NCBI GenBank assembly: GCA_902598305.1
Contig: CACKBL010000009.1
Location: 23,279 to 87,278 of the forward strand
Direction of reading: 5' to 3'
Origin: an uncultured Bacteroidota bacterium
GTDB taxonomy: Bacteria > Bacteroidota > Bacteroidia > Flavobacteriales > Flavobacteriaceae
DNA length: 64,000 nt
Shown: in pieces, positions 13,822-23,073 of the stretch
How positions within the stretch are numbered: the stretch's first letter is position 1
Layout of the letters: each line of letters starts with the position of its first letter
Made by a program: the position numbers and the translations under genes
Notes under the pieces: generated by a model
What the model was told of the DNA's origin: nothing
What the model saw: the letters and a program-made list of their open reading frames with translations, nothing else
Databases searched by the model: none

Positions 13822-14937
13822 TTAAGCGTTCAAATACAGATTTTCTAGCACCTTGGTAAATATTTTTGTTTCCTCTAAAGTTCCAATGCTTATTCTGCAC
13901 CAATCATAAAAAGGTGGAAAAGGTCTCCCGATTTTAACACCCTGTTCAAGCATTTGTTTGCCCAAATCATCGATATGCCTTTTGGAATGAAAGAAAACAA
14001 AATTAGTATTTGAAGGTGTATACTTTAATCCAATTTTGTCGAGCGTTGTGGTTATCATTTTTCTTCCCTCAACAATTTTGTTTAATGAAAAGTTGTAAAA
14101 CTCGTTGTCATCAAGTGCATTGTCAGCAGCAGCAATAGCAAGAACATTTGTCATCGCCACAATATTCTCTCTTATTACTTTAGATAAATGAGAAGGGGCT
14201 ATCAAATAACCAATTCTAAAACCAGCTAGACCGTACACTTTTGAAAATGTTTTGGAAACAATTACATTTTTTCCCTCTCGAACAAGAGAGTCCATTGAGG
14301 GGTAATTTGGAGTTTGGATAAAATCATAATATGCTTCATCACTAAAAATAATAGTTTTCTTACTTGCAGACGAACAGAAATCAATCAAAGATTCTTTTCC
14401 AACTACAGTCCCAGTTGGATTATTTGGGTTGCACAAAAAAACAAGCTTTGTGTTAGTATTAATTCTATTATTGATTGCATTAAGATCATAGCCTTTGTCT
14501 TTTCCAACTGGCACCCACCGAATTTTTGCTCCCCATTGTTTAGCAAAATTCATCATTGCTAAAAATGTTGGTTTCGCAGCAATAATTTCTCCACCACCAT
14601 TTGCAAAGGTCAAACCAGTTATTTTTAAACCTTCCGTTGAACCGCCTGTTATAATTATATTTTCTGAACTAACTCCATGTAATTTTGCTAATTTGTTAGC
14701 AAGAGCACTTGAATATGCTCGAGGATATCTGCAGCCATTTTCAAAGGCTTTGATTACAGCCTTTTGAACTTTTTCTGACGGGCCGTAAGGATTTTCGTTA
14801 GAGCTCAGTTTGATTGTTTTAGACAGTGGTCTAGGATTAAATTTTCTTATTTCTTCCTTTGAAAGGGCTAAATTAGGTGCAAGAAAAAGCCCTCCTAAAC
14901 CAATTGATGAGCGAATCCAGTTTCTTCTTGTTTGCAT
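13822..14937 (-). CDS. HisC-like class I/II PLP aminotransferase with a twin-arginine (Tat) signal
   Basis: LSSNENPYGPS and the PLP-Lys block SKTFSKVYGLAGFRIGY are typical of histidinol-phosphate aminotransferase-like enzymes. The N-terminus MQTRRNWIRSSIGLGGLFLAPNLALS is a Tat-type leader. Confidence 0.8.
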   Translation of the reverse strand: MQTRRNWIRSSIGLGGLFLAPNLALSKEEIRKFNPRPLSKTIKLSSNENPYGPSEKVQKAVIKAFENGCRYPRAYSSALANKLAKLHGVSSENIIITGGSTEGLKITGLTFANGGGEIIAAKPTFLAMMNFAKQWGAKIRWVPVGKDKGYDLNAINNRINTNTKLVFLCNPNNPTGTVVGKESLIDFCSSASKKTIIFSDEAYYDFIQTPNYPSMDSLVREGKNVIVSKTFSKVYGLAGFRIGYLIAPSHLSKVIRENIVAMTNVLAIAAADNALDDNEFYNFSLNKIVEGRKMITTTLDKIGLKYTPSNTNFVFFHSKRHIDDLGKQMLEQGVKIGRPFPPFYDWCRISIGTLEETKIFTKVLENLYLNA

Positions 14938-15046
14938 TTTTAAGTTTTAAAGTGCAATTAAAAATAAAAAATATTTATAAATCCAGTTAAAAATTTAGTG
15001 TTAGTTTATGAACAAGTCTTATAGAAATAATCAACCCGTATATTTA

Positions 15047-17299
15047 TCAAAAGGCATCAAAAAGTATTTGTTTGTTTTTCACACCAATATCACTCAACAT
15101 ATCTCTGCAAGCTTTTATCATAAGTGGAGGTCCACATAGATAAAATTCAATTTTCGAAAGATCCGCTATTGTGTTTAAATAATTTTTATTTACAACCTCG
15201 TGAATATATCCAATATAACCTGTCCACTGATCTTCGGGGAGAGGTTCGGAAAGGGCTATATTAAAATTGAAATTTTTATTTTTATCATCTAACATGATAA
15301 AATAATCTTTATAAAAAATTTCCTTTTTTGATCTTGCTCCATACCAATAACTAACTTTCCTTTTAGTATTCATTGTATCAAACAAGTATGAGATCTGAGA
15401 TTTAAATGGAGCCATTCCAGCACCACCACCAATAAAAATTATTTCTTTTTGAGTTTGTTTTAAATGAAAATCTCCAAATGGTCCAAATAATTCAATCGTA
15501 TCTCCTTTTTTTAGATTAAATAAGTAAGAAGACCCTAAACCTGGTGGATTATTTGATCCATTTAAAGGTAATGCAAGTCGAACGTTAAATTTTAAATGAT
15601 CTTCAACTCTTGGGCTAGTTGCAATGGAATAGTTTCGAGTTATTTTAGATTCATTTTCAGAGCTAAGTTTTAACAATCCTTTATTTTTCCATACTTTTTT
15701 AAAATTATCTTCAATTTCAATTTCATTGAAACTGAGTTGGTATTTAGGTATTTCTAATTGCATATAATCGCCAGGTGTGAATTCTATATTTTCCCCTTCA
15801 ACTGGTTTTATTTTCAATTCTTTGACAAATGTTGCTAAATTAGAATTTGAAATCACTTCATAGATCTTACTTTTTTTACTTTCTTTCACTTTGATTCCAG
15901 AATTTGGATTAAGCATTATAACTCCATCAACAACTTTGGTTTTGTATGTATTTAAACCAACGCAAACAGGGTGTCTTTTTGCAGTCCCGTCTTTAAAATT
16001 GAATCTCCCGTTGTGCTTTGGACACTCTACCAAATCACCCACAACCAAACCGTCAGCTAAGTGAGTTTTTCCGTGTGTGCACATTCCATCTGTTGCGTAA
16101 ATTGCCTGTTCTTTTGTCTTATAAATCGCAAATGTTCTTTCTTCAAAATCCAAGCGGATAACGTCTTCGGATTCTATATCTTCGAATTTACATACATTCA
16201 ACCACCCTTGTATTAAGTTTGTTTCTGACCTTTTAATTCCACCTTGTATTTCATTATCCTCCTTAATAATCGGAATTTCTCTTTCAACAAAGTAAGTAGG
16301 GTCTTTTGTTTGTTTAATTAAAGCTGGTATTATCTCTTTATATGCTTCATATATACTTCCATATGGTTTTGGACAATATTTTTTTACAAGCTCGTGTAGT
16401 TTTGGAAGATTATAATACGGCACCAATGGAAACATGTGATGTTCAAGATGATAATTCATATTCCAATACAAAAATCGGTGAACTCGATTCATATAAATTG
16501 TTCTGCAATTTTTTCTGTGGTCAAGTACATTTTCGGCTAGACCGGCATGCTGAGTTAAGGCGTAGATCATTTTCAAATATGAACCAAAAAATTTTGGGAA
16601 AATCACATAAAATAAAGGGAGGGTAGTCTGATAGAAGAAGGCCAAACCAATAAATGTAGAATAAATAAAAACCCAAATCCAAGCGGGCAAAAGCATTTTA
16701 TGATATTCATCTTTAGGGACATACTCTGCCTCTTCAGCCCCAACTTTTCCTCTTAAATGGTTTATCCACTTTTTTGTTTCTTTAAAGGTCAGCTTTATCC
16801 CAATCATTTTTAAAATCATTCCCTTAATATCGGGTGGTCTTGGCGCAGTAATTTCAGGATCTCTACCAACAATTATTGTATCACTATGATGACGAGCATG
16901 ACTCCAACGCCAAGATATTGGTAATCGGTAGAGCATAAAAGAAGATATGAAATAAAGAAAATTATTCATCCAGTCGGTTTTGAAAGCAGTCCCATGACCC
17001 GATTCGTGCCATCTAGAATCTGCTGTCGAATAGTAAAGCACACTATAAATTAGTATTGGGAAGACTACTAAATAAGTTCCCCATAAAAAATAAATACAGA
17101 AACCAGAAAAACCAATAAGACCAAACCACAACAAGGTGTCAAGAATTGCAGGTAAATCTCTGCGTTCAAGTAATTTTTTCATTTCTTTTTTGGAGACAGG
17201 GGGTAGGTACCACTGAGCATCAGTAAGCCCCTTTTTCTTAGCATTTTTTGACTCTACACCCGTAAGTGAATAATCAATTTTATGAATTGCATCATTCAT
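15047..17299 (-). CDS. Three-domain fusion oxygenase: membrane di-iron desaturase/hydroxylase + Rieske [2Fe-2S] + FNR-like FAD/NAD(P)H reductase
   Basis: His boxes HESGHG, HARHH and HLEHHMFP. Rieske CTHGKTH...CPKHNGRF. Reductase motifs RNYSIAT, GLGSSYLF, GPFGDF, IGGGAGMAPF and LCGPPLM. Confidence 0.8.
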   Translation of the reverse strand: MNDAIHKIDYSLTGVESKNAKKKGLTDAQWYLPPVSKKEMKKLLERRDLPAILDTLLWFGLIGFSGFCIYFLWGTYLVVFPILIYSVLYYSTADSRWHESGHGTAFKTDWMNNFLYFISSFMLYRLPISWRWSHARHHSDTIIVGRDPEITAPRPPDIKGMILKMIGIKLTFKETKKWINHLRGKVGAEEAEYVPKDEYHKMLLPAWIWVFIYSTFIGLAFFYQTTLPLFYVIFPKFFGSYLKMIYALTQHAGLAENVLDHRKNCRTIYMNRVHRFLYWNMNYHLEHHMFPLVPYYNLPKLHELVKKYCPKPYGSIYEAYKEIIPALIKQTKDPTYFVEREIPIIKEDNEIQGGIKRSETNLIQGWLNVCKFEDIESEDVIRLDFEERTFAIYKTKEQAIYATDGMCTHGKTHLADGLVVGDLVECPKHNGRFNFKDGTAKRHPVCVGLNTYKTKVVDGVIMLNPNSGIKVKESKKSKIYEVISNSNLATFVKELKIKPVEGENIEFTPGDYMQLEIPKYQLSFNEIEIEDNFKKVWKNKGLLKLSSENESKITRNYSIATSPRVEDHLKFNVRLALPLNGSNNPPGLGSSYLFNLKKGDTIELFGPFGDFHLKQTQKEIIFIGGGAGMAPFKSQISYLFDTMNTKRKVSYWYGARSKKEIFYKDYFIMLDDKNKNFNFNIALSEPLPEDQWTGYIGYIHEVVNKNYLNTIADLSKIEFYLCGPPLMIKACRDMLSDIGVKNKQILFDAF

Positions 17300-17434
17300 T
17301 ATTTAGACAAAGTAATAATTATATTGTTGAGACAATAATAAAATTAAGACAATATTTTTATAAACTTATTTATTGTAATTAATTACACAGTTTTTCATTA
17401 TATATTTTGTATATTTTTTTATTAAAGATTCAAT

Positions 17435-18634
17435 ATGCAAAAAATTGCGATGCTGGGTTCTGGGTTTATTGGCAGATTTTATACTGACTCTTTACAAGGC
17501 TATAGAAATAAAGATAGAGTAGTTTCAGTTTATTCAAGAAGTGAGGAAAGTGTAAAAAAGTTTGCTCAAGATTATAAAGTCCCACACTATACTAATAATA
17601 TGGAAGAATCAATATCAAATAAAGATGTTGATGTTGTTTGTATAGCACTACCAAATTATCTTCATGAAAAAGCCGTTGAATTATGTTGTAAACATAATAA
17701 AGCAGTTCTTTGTACAAAGCCATTGGGAAGAAATGCGAAAGAAGCAAAAAGGATGCTGGAAGCAGTAGAAAAAGCAGGTATTTTTGCTGGATATCTGGAA
17801 GACTTATGTTATACTCCAAAATTTCTTAAAGCTATGGAAACTGTTAAAAGTGGTGGATTAGGAAAAATCATTTGGTCAAAATCTAGAGAGACTCACCCAG
17901 GTCCCCACAGCGATTGGTTTTGGGATAAAGAAAAAGCCGGTGGAGGATGTATTTTAGATATGGGATGTCATTGTATAGAAATTGGGAGAAACTATATTGG
18001 TAAAGACATCAAGCCTGTTGAGGTTATGTGTTGGGGTGATACACAGGTAAAGCCAATTGACGCAGAAGACCATGCGATAGGTCTTATAAAATATGAAAAT
18101 GGGGCAATTGGTCAATTTGAAGTTAGTTGGACATTTAGAGGGGGCCTTGACCTTAGAGACGAAGTTATGGGAACCGAAGGCACAATATGGGTTAACTCAT
18201 TTTTAAGAACTGGTTTTGAAATGTTCACAACTGGTAAAGGGAACGAGTACGTTGCTGAAAAAGCTGAATCTGACTCTGGTTGGTTGTTTCCGGTTGGAGA
18301 TGAATTGAATGAATTGGGATACAACCACATGTTTATGGATATGTTGAATTCTTTAGAACAATCTAAACAACCATCTGAAACTTTTTATGACGGTTATATT
18401 GTTAATGCAGTTGTAGATGCATGTTATAAATCTATAAAATCCAAGAAATGGGAAAAAATTAATCTTGAGATTTGGAGGGGTAAAGAAGGGGTTGATAAAA
18501 TAAGCACATTTGCTAACTATGACGAAAAATATTATCTCGTTAAAGAGGAGATGACACATTATGGTGATAAAAAACTTATTCTAAAAAATAAATCAACTGG
18601 AAAAATTATAGAGAAAATAGTAGAAAAAAAATGA
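17435..18634 (+). CDS. Gfo/Idh/MocA-family NAD(P)-dependent oxidoreductase
   Basis: N-terminal Rossmann MLGSGFIGRFY, a TKP (EKP-type) motif in CTKPLGRN, and the C-terminal alpha/beta domain of the family. Confidence 0.85.
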   Translation: MQKIAMLGSGFIGRFYTDSLQGYRNKDRVVSVYSRSEESVKKFAQDYKVPHYTNNMEESISNKDVDVVCIALPNYLHEKAVELCCKHNKAVLCTKPLGRNAKEAKRMLEAVEKAGIFAGYLEDLCYTPKFLKAMETVKSGGLGKIIWSKSRETHPGPHSDWFWDKEKAGGGCILDMGCHCIEIGRNYIGKDIKPVEVMCWGDTQVKPIDAEDHAIGLIKYENGAIGQFEVSWTFRGGLDLRDEVMGTEGTIWVNSFLRTGFEMFTTGKGNEYVAEKAESDSGWLFPVGDELNELGYNHMFMDMLNSLEQSKQPSETFYDGYIVNAVVDACYKSIKSKKWEKINLEIWRGKEGVDKISTFANYDEKYYLVKEEMTHYGDKKLILKNKSTGKIIEKIVEKK

Positions 18635-18648
18635 TGCTATCTAATGAA

Positions 18649-19362
18649 CTATTCTAGATTTACAGTTCTAATCGAGGGATTAAATGGGCTATCGATTAAT
18701 TTACCCTCTGAGTTTATAAGTTCCAATTTTATTTTAACTTCTCCTTTTTTGAGTCCTTCAAGATAGTAGGGTGACCATTCCGTGATAATGAATTCCGTAT
18801 CATTAATTGTAGCTTTTACTTTGTTTCCGTAAGGGGAAATTGTTGTGTTAATGAGGTAAAAATCTAAAAGTAATTTTTCTGTATCTTTTCCTTTGTAGGT
18901 TCCTTTTGGTCTGCTGTAAAAAAGAAACTCATTGTCTAAGTCAATTTTACTCTCACCTATTTGAGTTAAAATAAATGCATTCGGATTTTTTACAGATTCA
19001 TGATAAGATCTTGATAAAAAAGCTAGTATTACGTTATTATCACTATTGAGTTTTTTCTTAAAATTATTTGTGTAATGTGCAGAATATGGTCCGTTATTTA
19101 CTATAAAATGAATATGTTGTCCCTTTCCCGAGTTAGCCAGTTGACTTTCAATTTTATTGACAGTTTGTTCACCTAGCTGATAATTATTTATATCAAAAGA
19201 AAAAGCGTATTCATTATCATCAACAAGTGTTATAGATGCTGTACTTATTTTAGCGTTCAAATAAGATGGTGAGCCTTCAAGTTTTGAAAGTGTAATTGTA
19301 TTTGGATTATCACATGAGGAATAACCAAATACGAATAAAATCAATATCAAAATTTTTTTCAT
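18649..19362 (-). CDS. Hypothetical lipoprotein
   Basis: Lipoprotein signal MKKILILILFVFGYSSC. 237-aa ORF with no recognisable motifs. Confidence 0.55.
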   Translation of the reverse strand: MKKILILILFVFGYSSCDNPNTITLSKLEGSPSYLNAKISTASITLVDDNEYAFSFDINNYQLGEQTVNKIESQLANSGKGQHIHFIVNNGPYSAHYTNNFKKKLNSDNNVILAFLSRSYHESVKNPNAFILTQIGESKIDLDNEFLFYSRPKGTYKGKDTEKLLLDFYLINTTISPYGNKVKATINDTEFIITEWSPYYLEGLKKGEVKIKLELINSEGKLIDSPFNPSIRTVNLE

Positions 19363-19455
19363 AACGTAAAGCTATAATTTTAGAAATAGACTTCAAACAA
19401 ATAATTTGAAAAAAAAGAAATTAAAAACATTTTTTATTATTTAAAAGCTTTTACT

Positions 19456-19463
19456 TAGTTTTG
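19456..19463 (+). promoter_or_regulatory. Candidate Bacteroidota -7 promoter box (TAnnTTTG) for rpsT
   Basis: TAGTTTTG sits 18 nt upstream of the rpsT ATG. Such 8-mers also occur by chance in AT-rich DNA, so support is positional only. Confidence 0.35.
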
Positions 19464-19480
19464 TGTTTTTAAAAATTAAA

Positions 19481-19732
19481 ATGGCGAACCACAAGTCAGC
19501 AATAAAGAGGATACGTTCCAGTGAAGTAAAAAAGTCTGCGAATAAGCTGCAGCACAAAACTGCTAGAAACGCTATTCGAAATCTAAGAAATAATTCAAAT
19601 AAAAAAGATGCGAAAAAGCAGCTCCCAAAGGTTATTTCTTTATTAGATAAATTGGTTAAGAAAAATATAATTCATTTAAATAAAGCTTCTAACCTTAAAT
19701 CAAAGTTAGAAAAACACGTGGCTTCACTGTAA
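19481..19732 (+). CDS. rpsT: 30S ribosomal protein S20
   Basis: MANHKSAIKRIRSSEVK... is the canonical S20 N-terminus. The ATG at 19481 is preferred over the upstream alternative start in the ORF track. Confidence 0.9.
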   Translation: MANHKSAIKRIRSSEVKKSANKLQHKTARNAIRNLRNNSNKKDAKKQLPKVISLLDKLVKKNIIHLNKASNLKSKLEKHVASL

Positions 19733-19743
19733 TATACCAAGTT

Positions 19744-21252
19744 TTAGGAATTCATCGAAATCAAAAACTCCTCATTGTTTACTGTTTTAGTAAATCTATC
19801 ATTCATTGATTCCATTGCCTCAACCGGATTCATATCAGCAAGATATTTCCTTAGAACCCACATTCTTTGAATTGTGTTTTCATCTAATAATAGATCGTCT
19901 CTCCTTGTGCTAGATGAAATTAAATCTATGGCTGGGAAAATTCTTCTATTAGATATCTTTCTATCTAATTGTAGTTCCATATTACCTGTTCCTTTAAACT
20001 CTTCAAAAATCACCTCATCCATTTTTGATCCAGTCTCTGTGAGTGCAGTAGCTATTATTGACAAAGAACCACCATTTTCAATATTTCTAGCGGCTCCAAA
20101 GAATCTTTTTGGTTTATGTAAAGCATTTGCATCAACGCCACCACTTAGTATCTTACCCGAGGCAGGTTGAACTGTATTGTAAGCTCTAGCTAGCCTTGTA
20201 ATAGAGTCTAAAAGTATCACAACATCATGACCACATTCAACTAATCTTTTGGCTTTTTCTAAAACTATATTAGCAACTTTAACATGCCTGTCTGCGGGTT
20301 CATCAAATGTTGATGCAACTACCTCGCCCTTGACATTTCTTTGCATATCTGTAACCTCTTCAGGTCTTTCATCTATAAGTAAAATTATTTGATAAACTTC
20401 GGGATGATTTGCAGCTATCGCATTCGCAATATCTTTCAGAAGCATTGTTTTACCCGTTTTTGGTTGCGACACAATCATTCCCCTTTGTCCCTTTCCTATT
20501 GGTGAAAAAAGATCAATAATTCTTGTGGAAGTTGTATTTTGTTTTTCAGCTAACTTAAATTTTTCTTGAGGGAAAAGTGGTGTTAAATGTTCAAACGAAA
20601 CCCTGTCCCTCACAACTTTTGGGTCTTGTCCGTTAATACTTACAACTTTTATCAAAGGAAAATATTTTTCACCTTCTTTAGGAGGTCTTACTGTACCTAA
20701 GACAGTATCACCTGTTTTAAGTCCAAAAAGTCTAATTTGAGATTGAGAAACGTAAACATCGTCAGGTGATGATAAATAATGGTAATCTGATGACCTCAAA
20801 AAACCATAACCCTCATTCATTATATCCAAAACTCCTTCGGAATTTATTATTCCATCAAATTCATAGTCAGGTTCTTTATACCTATTTCTATTATCCCTGT
20901 TATGAAAATTATCATAGTTTTTTTGACCCTGCTGATTTCTATTTTTGGGATTTGGTTTATTAAAGGGTTTGTTAGCTCCTTTGTCATTTTTATAAAAACT
21001 GTTTTTTTCAGCTTGTGTGTCTTTGTTGTTATTATTCTTTTTGAAAGAAGCCTTATTGTCTTTTGCATTAGATTTCTCTTCTTTTGATGTTTCAGATTTA
21101 GGATTAGATTCAGGATTAGTTGATAAAAAGTCTATGATTTGATAAATTAATTCTTGTTTTTTTAAACTCGCTATTTTCTTAATATTCAATGATTTTGCGA
21201 TATCCTGTAATTCAGATATTTTTTTTTCTTTTAATGTGGATATGTCGTACAT
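19744..21252 (-). CDS. rho: Transcription termination factor Rho with an N-terminal low-complexity insertion
   Basis: N-terminal helix bundle ([13 protein letters not shown]), CSD-like RNA-binding region ([21 protein letters not shown]), Walker A (SQPKTGKT), and the C-terminal ATPase core. 502 aa, versus about 419 aa for E. coli Rho. Confidence 0.95.
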   Translation of the reverse strand: MYDISTLKEKKISELQDIAKSLNIKKIASLKKQELIYQIIDFLSTNPESNPKSETSKEEKSNAKDNKASFKKNNNNKDTQAEKNSFYKNDKGANKPFNKPNPKNRNQQGQKNYDNFHNRDNRNRYKEPDYEFDGIINSEGVLDIMNEGYGFLRSSDYHYLSSPDDVYVSQSQIRLFGLKTGDTVLGTVRPPKEGEKYFPLIKVVSINGQDPKVVRDRVSFEHLTPLFPQEKFKLAEKQNTTSTRIIDLFSPIGKGQRGMIVSQPKTGKTMLLKDIANAIAANHPEVYQIILLIDERPEEVTDMQRNVKGEVVASTFDEPADRHVKVANIVLEKAKRLVECGHDVVILLDSITRLARAYNTVQPASGKILSGGVDANALHKPKRFFGAARNIENGGSLSIIATALTETGSKMDEVIFEEFKGTGNMELQLDRKISNRRIFPAIDLISSSTRRDDLLLDENTIQRMWVLRKYLADMNPVEAMESMNDRFTKTVNNEEFLISMNS

Positions 21253-21363
21253 GTTTTGTAATTGATAAAATTTGAGGATATTTCTCTTAGATTAAAGAGA
21301 TATTATGTGCAATATTACAAAAAATTATGAAAGTCAACTTATTTTTTTTTAATTTTCAAGTAA

Positions 21364-21765
21364 ATGATACAGAGAATACAATCTATTTATATATTTCTTT
21401 TTATAATTAGTAATATTTTTTTATTGTATATGACTTCAATGGATCGAAATTCATTTCATTTTTCCATTCATGAATTTGACTTATTTCCCTTGTTACTAAT
21501 ATTATTAATTATTTTTTCAATTATTAGTTTATTAAGTTTTAAAAATAGAAGAACTCAAATTAAGTTATTATACTTTCTAACATTTATCCAATTGATTATT
21601 TTAACACTAATATCAATTTTAGCGTTTAAATCTGATAACGCATTAATTTTTTTGCAGAACTATCAGATTTTTATTTATTTATTGGGATTGGCGTTACTTT
21701 TACTTTCCGTTAGAGGAATAAAAAAGGATCAAAACTTAATTGATTCGATAGATAGAATACGTTAA
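21364..21765 (+). CDS. DUF4293-like small polytopic membrane protein
   Basis: The N-terminus MIQRIQSIYIFL is characteristic of DUF4293 as I recall it. Four hydrophobic segments. Confidence 0.55.
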   Translation: MIQRIQSIYIFLFIISNIFLLYMTSMDRNSFHFSIHEFDLFPLLLILLIIFSIISLLSFKNRRTQIKLLYFLTFIQLIILTLISILAFKSDNALIFLQNYQIFIYLLGLALLLLSVRGIKKDQNLIDSIDRIR

Positions 21766-22265
21766 ATTTTTGATCTATTGCCCAATTCGATTATATTCAT
21801 ATTTTCAACCGCTTGGTTAATTATCTCAAATTTTATCATTGTTCTAATTTTATGAAATCCAAATTTTCCTGCAGCTCCTGGATTTAAATATAAAATATTT
21901 TTTGATTTTAAAAATTCAACCTTTAAAATGTGAGAGTGCCCACAAACCAAAACATTAGGTCTATGAAAATTAAGCAAATTTTTGACCTTTGATGATAAAT
22001 TTTTAGGATTTCCCGCAATGTGTATTAACAAAAATTTTAATTTATCAATTTCGAATATTTCAAACTCGGAGAGACTTTTTCTTAAAAGATGATTATCGAT
22101 ATTTCCATATACTCCTCTGAAAAAAGATTTTTCTTCTAATTTTTTCAAAACTTCAAGAGAACCAATATCTCCCGCATGCCAAACCTCATCTGAATTTCTA
22201 GCATAGTATTCTATTCTGTTATCTATATACCCATGAGTGTCCGAAAGAACAAGAATTTTTTTCAA
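21762..22265 (-). CDS. YfcE/MJ0936-family metallophosphoesterase
   Basis: Metallophosphoesterase motifs LSDTHG, HAGDIG, GNID, CGHSH and NPGA. Confidence 0.8.
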   Translation of the reverse strand: MKKILVLSDTHGYIDNRIEYYARNSDEVWHAGDIGSLEVLKKLEEKSFFRGVYGNIDNHLLRKSLSEFEIFEIDKLKFLLIHIAGNPKNLSSKVKNLLNFHRPNVLVCGHSHILKVEFLKSKNILYLNPGAAGKFGFHKIRTMIKFEIINQAVENMNIIELGNRSKI

Positions 22266-22326
22266 ATTTTTAATAAATAATAAAATGAATTCAATTTAAG
22301 AATTGTCATTCTAATATATTTGTGGT

Positions 22327-23073
22327 GTGAGATATTTTTTAGTTATTAGTTATTGCGGAACAAAATATCATGGGTGGCAACGACAACCGAACTCCTTAAG
22401 TATTCAGCAAACTGTTGAAGAAGCAATTTCCACAATTTTAAACCAAAAAATTTTACTGGTTGCTGCGGGTAGAACGGATGCCGGTGTACATGCGATTAAT
22501 ATGTATGCCCACTTTGATGCAAATATAAATGGAGAAATTGAATCAAAATTGGTTAGCCTCTTAAATAGTTTTTTGAATCATAGTATAAGTATTAAAAAAA
22601 TTATGAAAGTTATTGACAACGCTCATGCTCGTTTTGATGCAATTTCAAGAACTTACAAATACAAAATTTCTTTCTGTAAAGATCCATTTAGGCACGAAAG
22701 ATATTTTGAGTTAAGAAATGAAATTAATTTCAAAAATATTAAGACTGCATCGGAAATTCTTCTATCACACAATGACTTTAAATCATTTTCCAAAACTAGG
22801 TCAGATGTTAAGAATTATTTATGTGAAATTTCTAAAGCAGAATGGGAATTAAAAAATAATCGAGCTGTTTTTACAATTACTGCAAACAGATTTTTAAGAA
22901 ATATGGTTAGAGCAATTGTAGGTACTCTTATTGAGGTTGGTAAAAATAAGATTTCAGTTGATGATTTTAATAGTATAATAATTCAAAGAGATAGAAAAAA
23001 AGCAGGGTTTTCAGTCCCTGCATGTGGATTGTATCTTGTAAATGTAGAATATTCTAAACATATTTTTTTATAG
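22327..23073 (+). CDS. truA: tRNA pseudouridine(38-40) synthase
   Basis: YCGTKYHGWQRQ and the catalytic-Asp block AAGRTDAGVHA. GTG start. Confidence 0.9.
   Translation: MRYFLVISYCGTKYHGWQRQPNSLSIQQTVEEAISTILNQKILLVAAGRTDAGVHAINMYAHFDANINGEIESKLVSLLNSFLNHSISIKKIMKVIDNAHARFDAISRTYKYKISFCKDPFRHERYFELRNEINFKNIKTASEILLSHNDFKSFSKTRSDVKNYLCEISKAEWELKNNRAVFTITANRFLRNMVRAIVGTLIEVGKNKISVDDFNSIIIQRDRKKAGFSVPACGLYLVNVEYSKHIFL

Noticed and set aside
14314-14767. Plus-strand ORFs 14314..14562 and 14495..14767 inside the aminotransferase gene.
   Set aside because: They are antisense to a gene with clear PLP-aminotransferase motifs.
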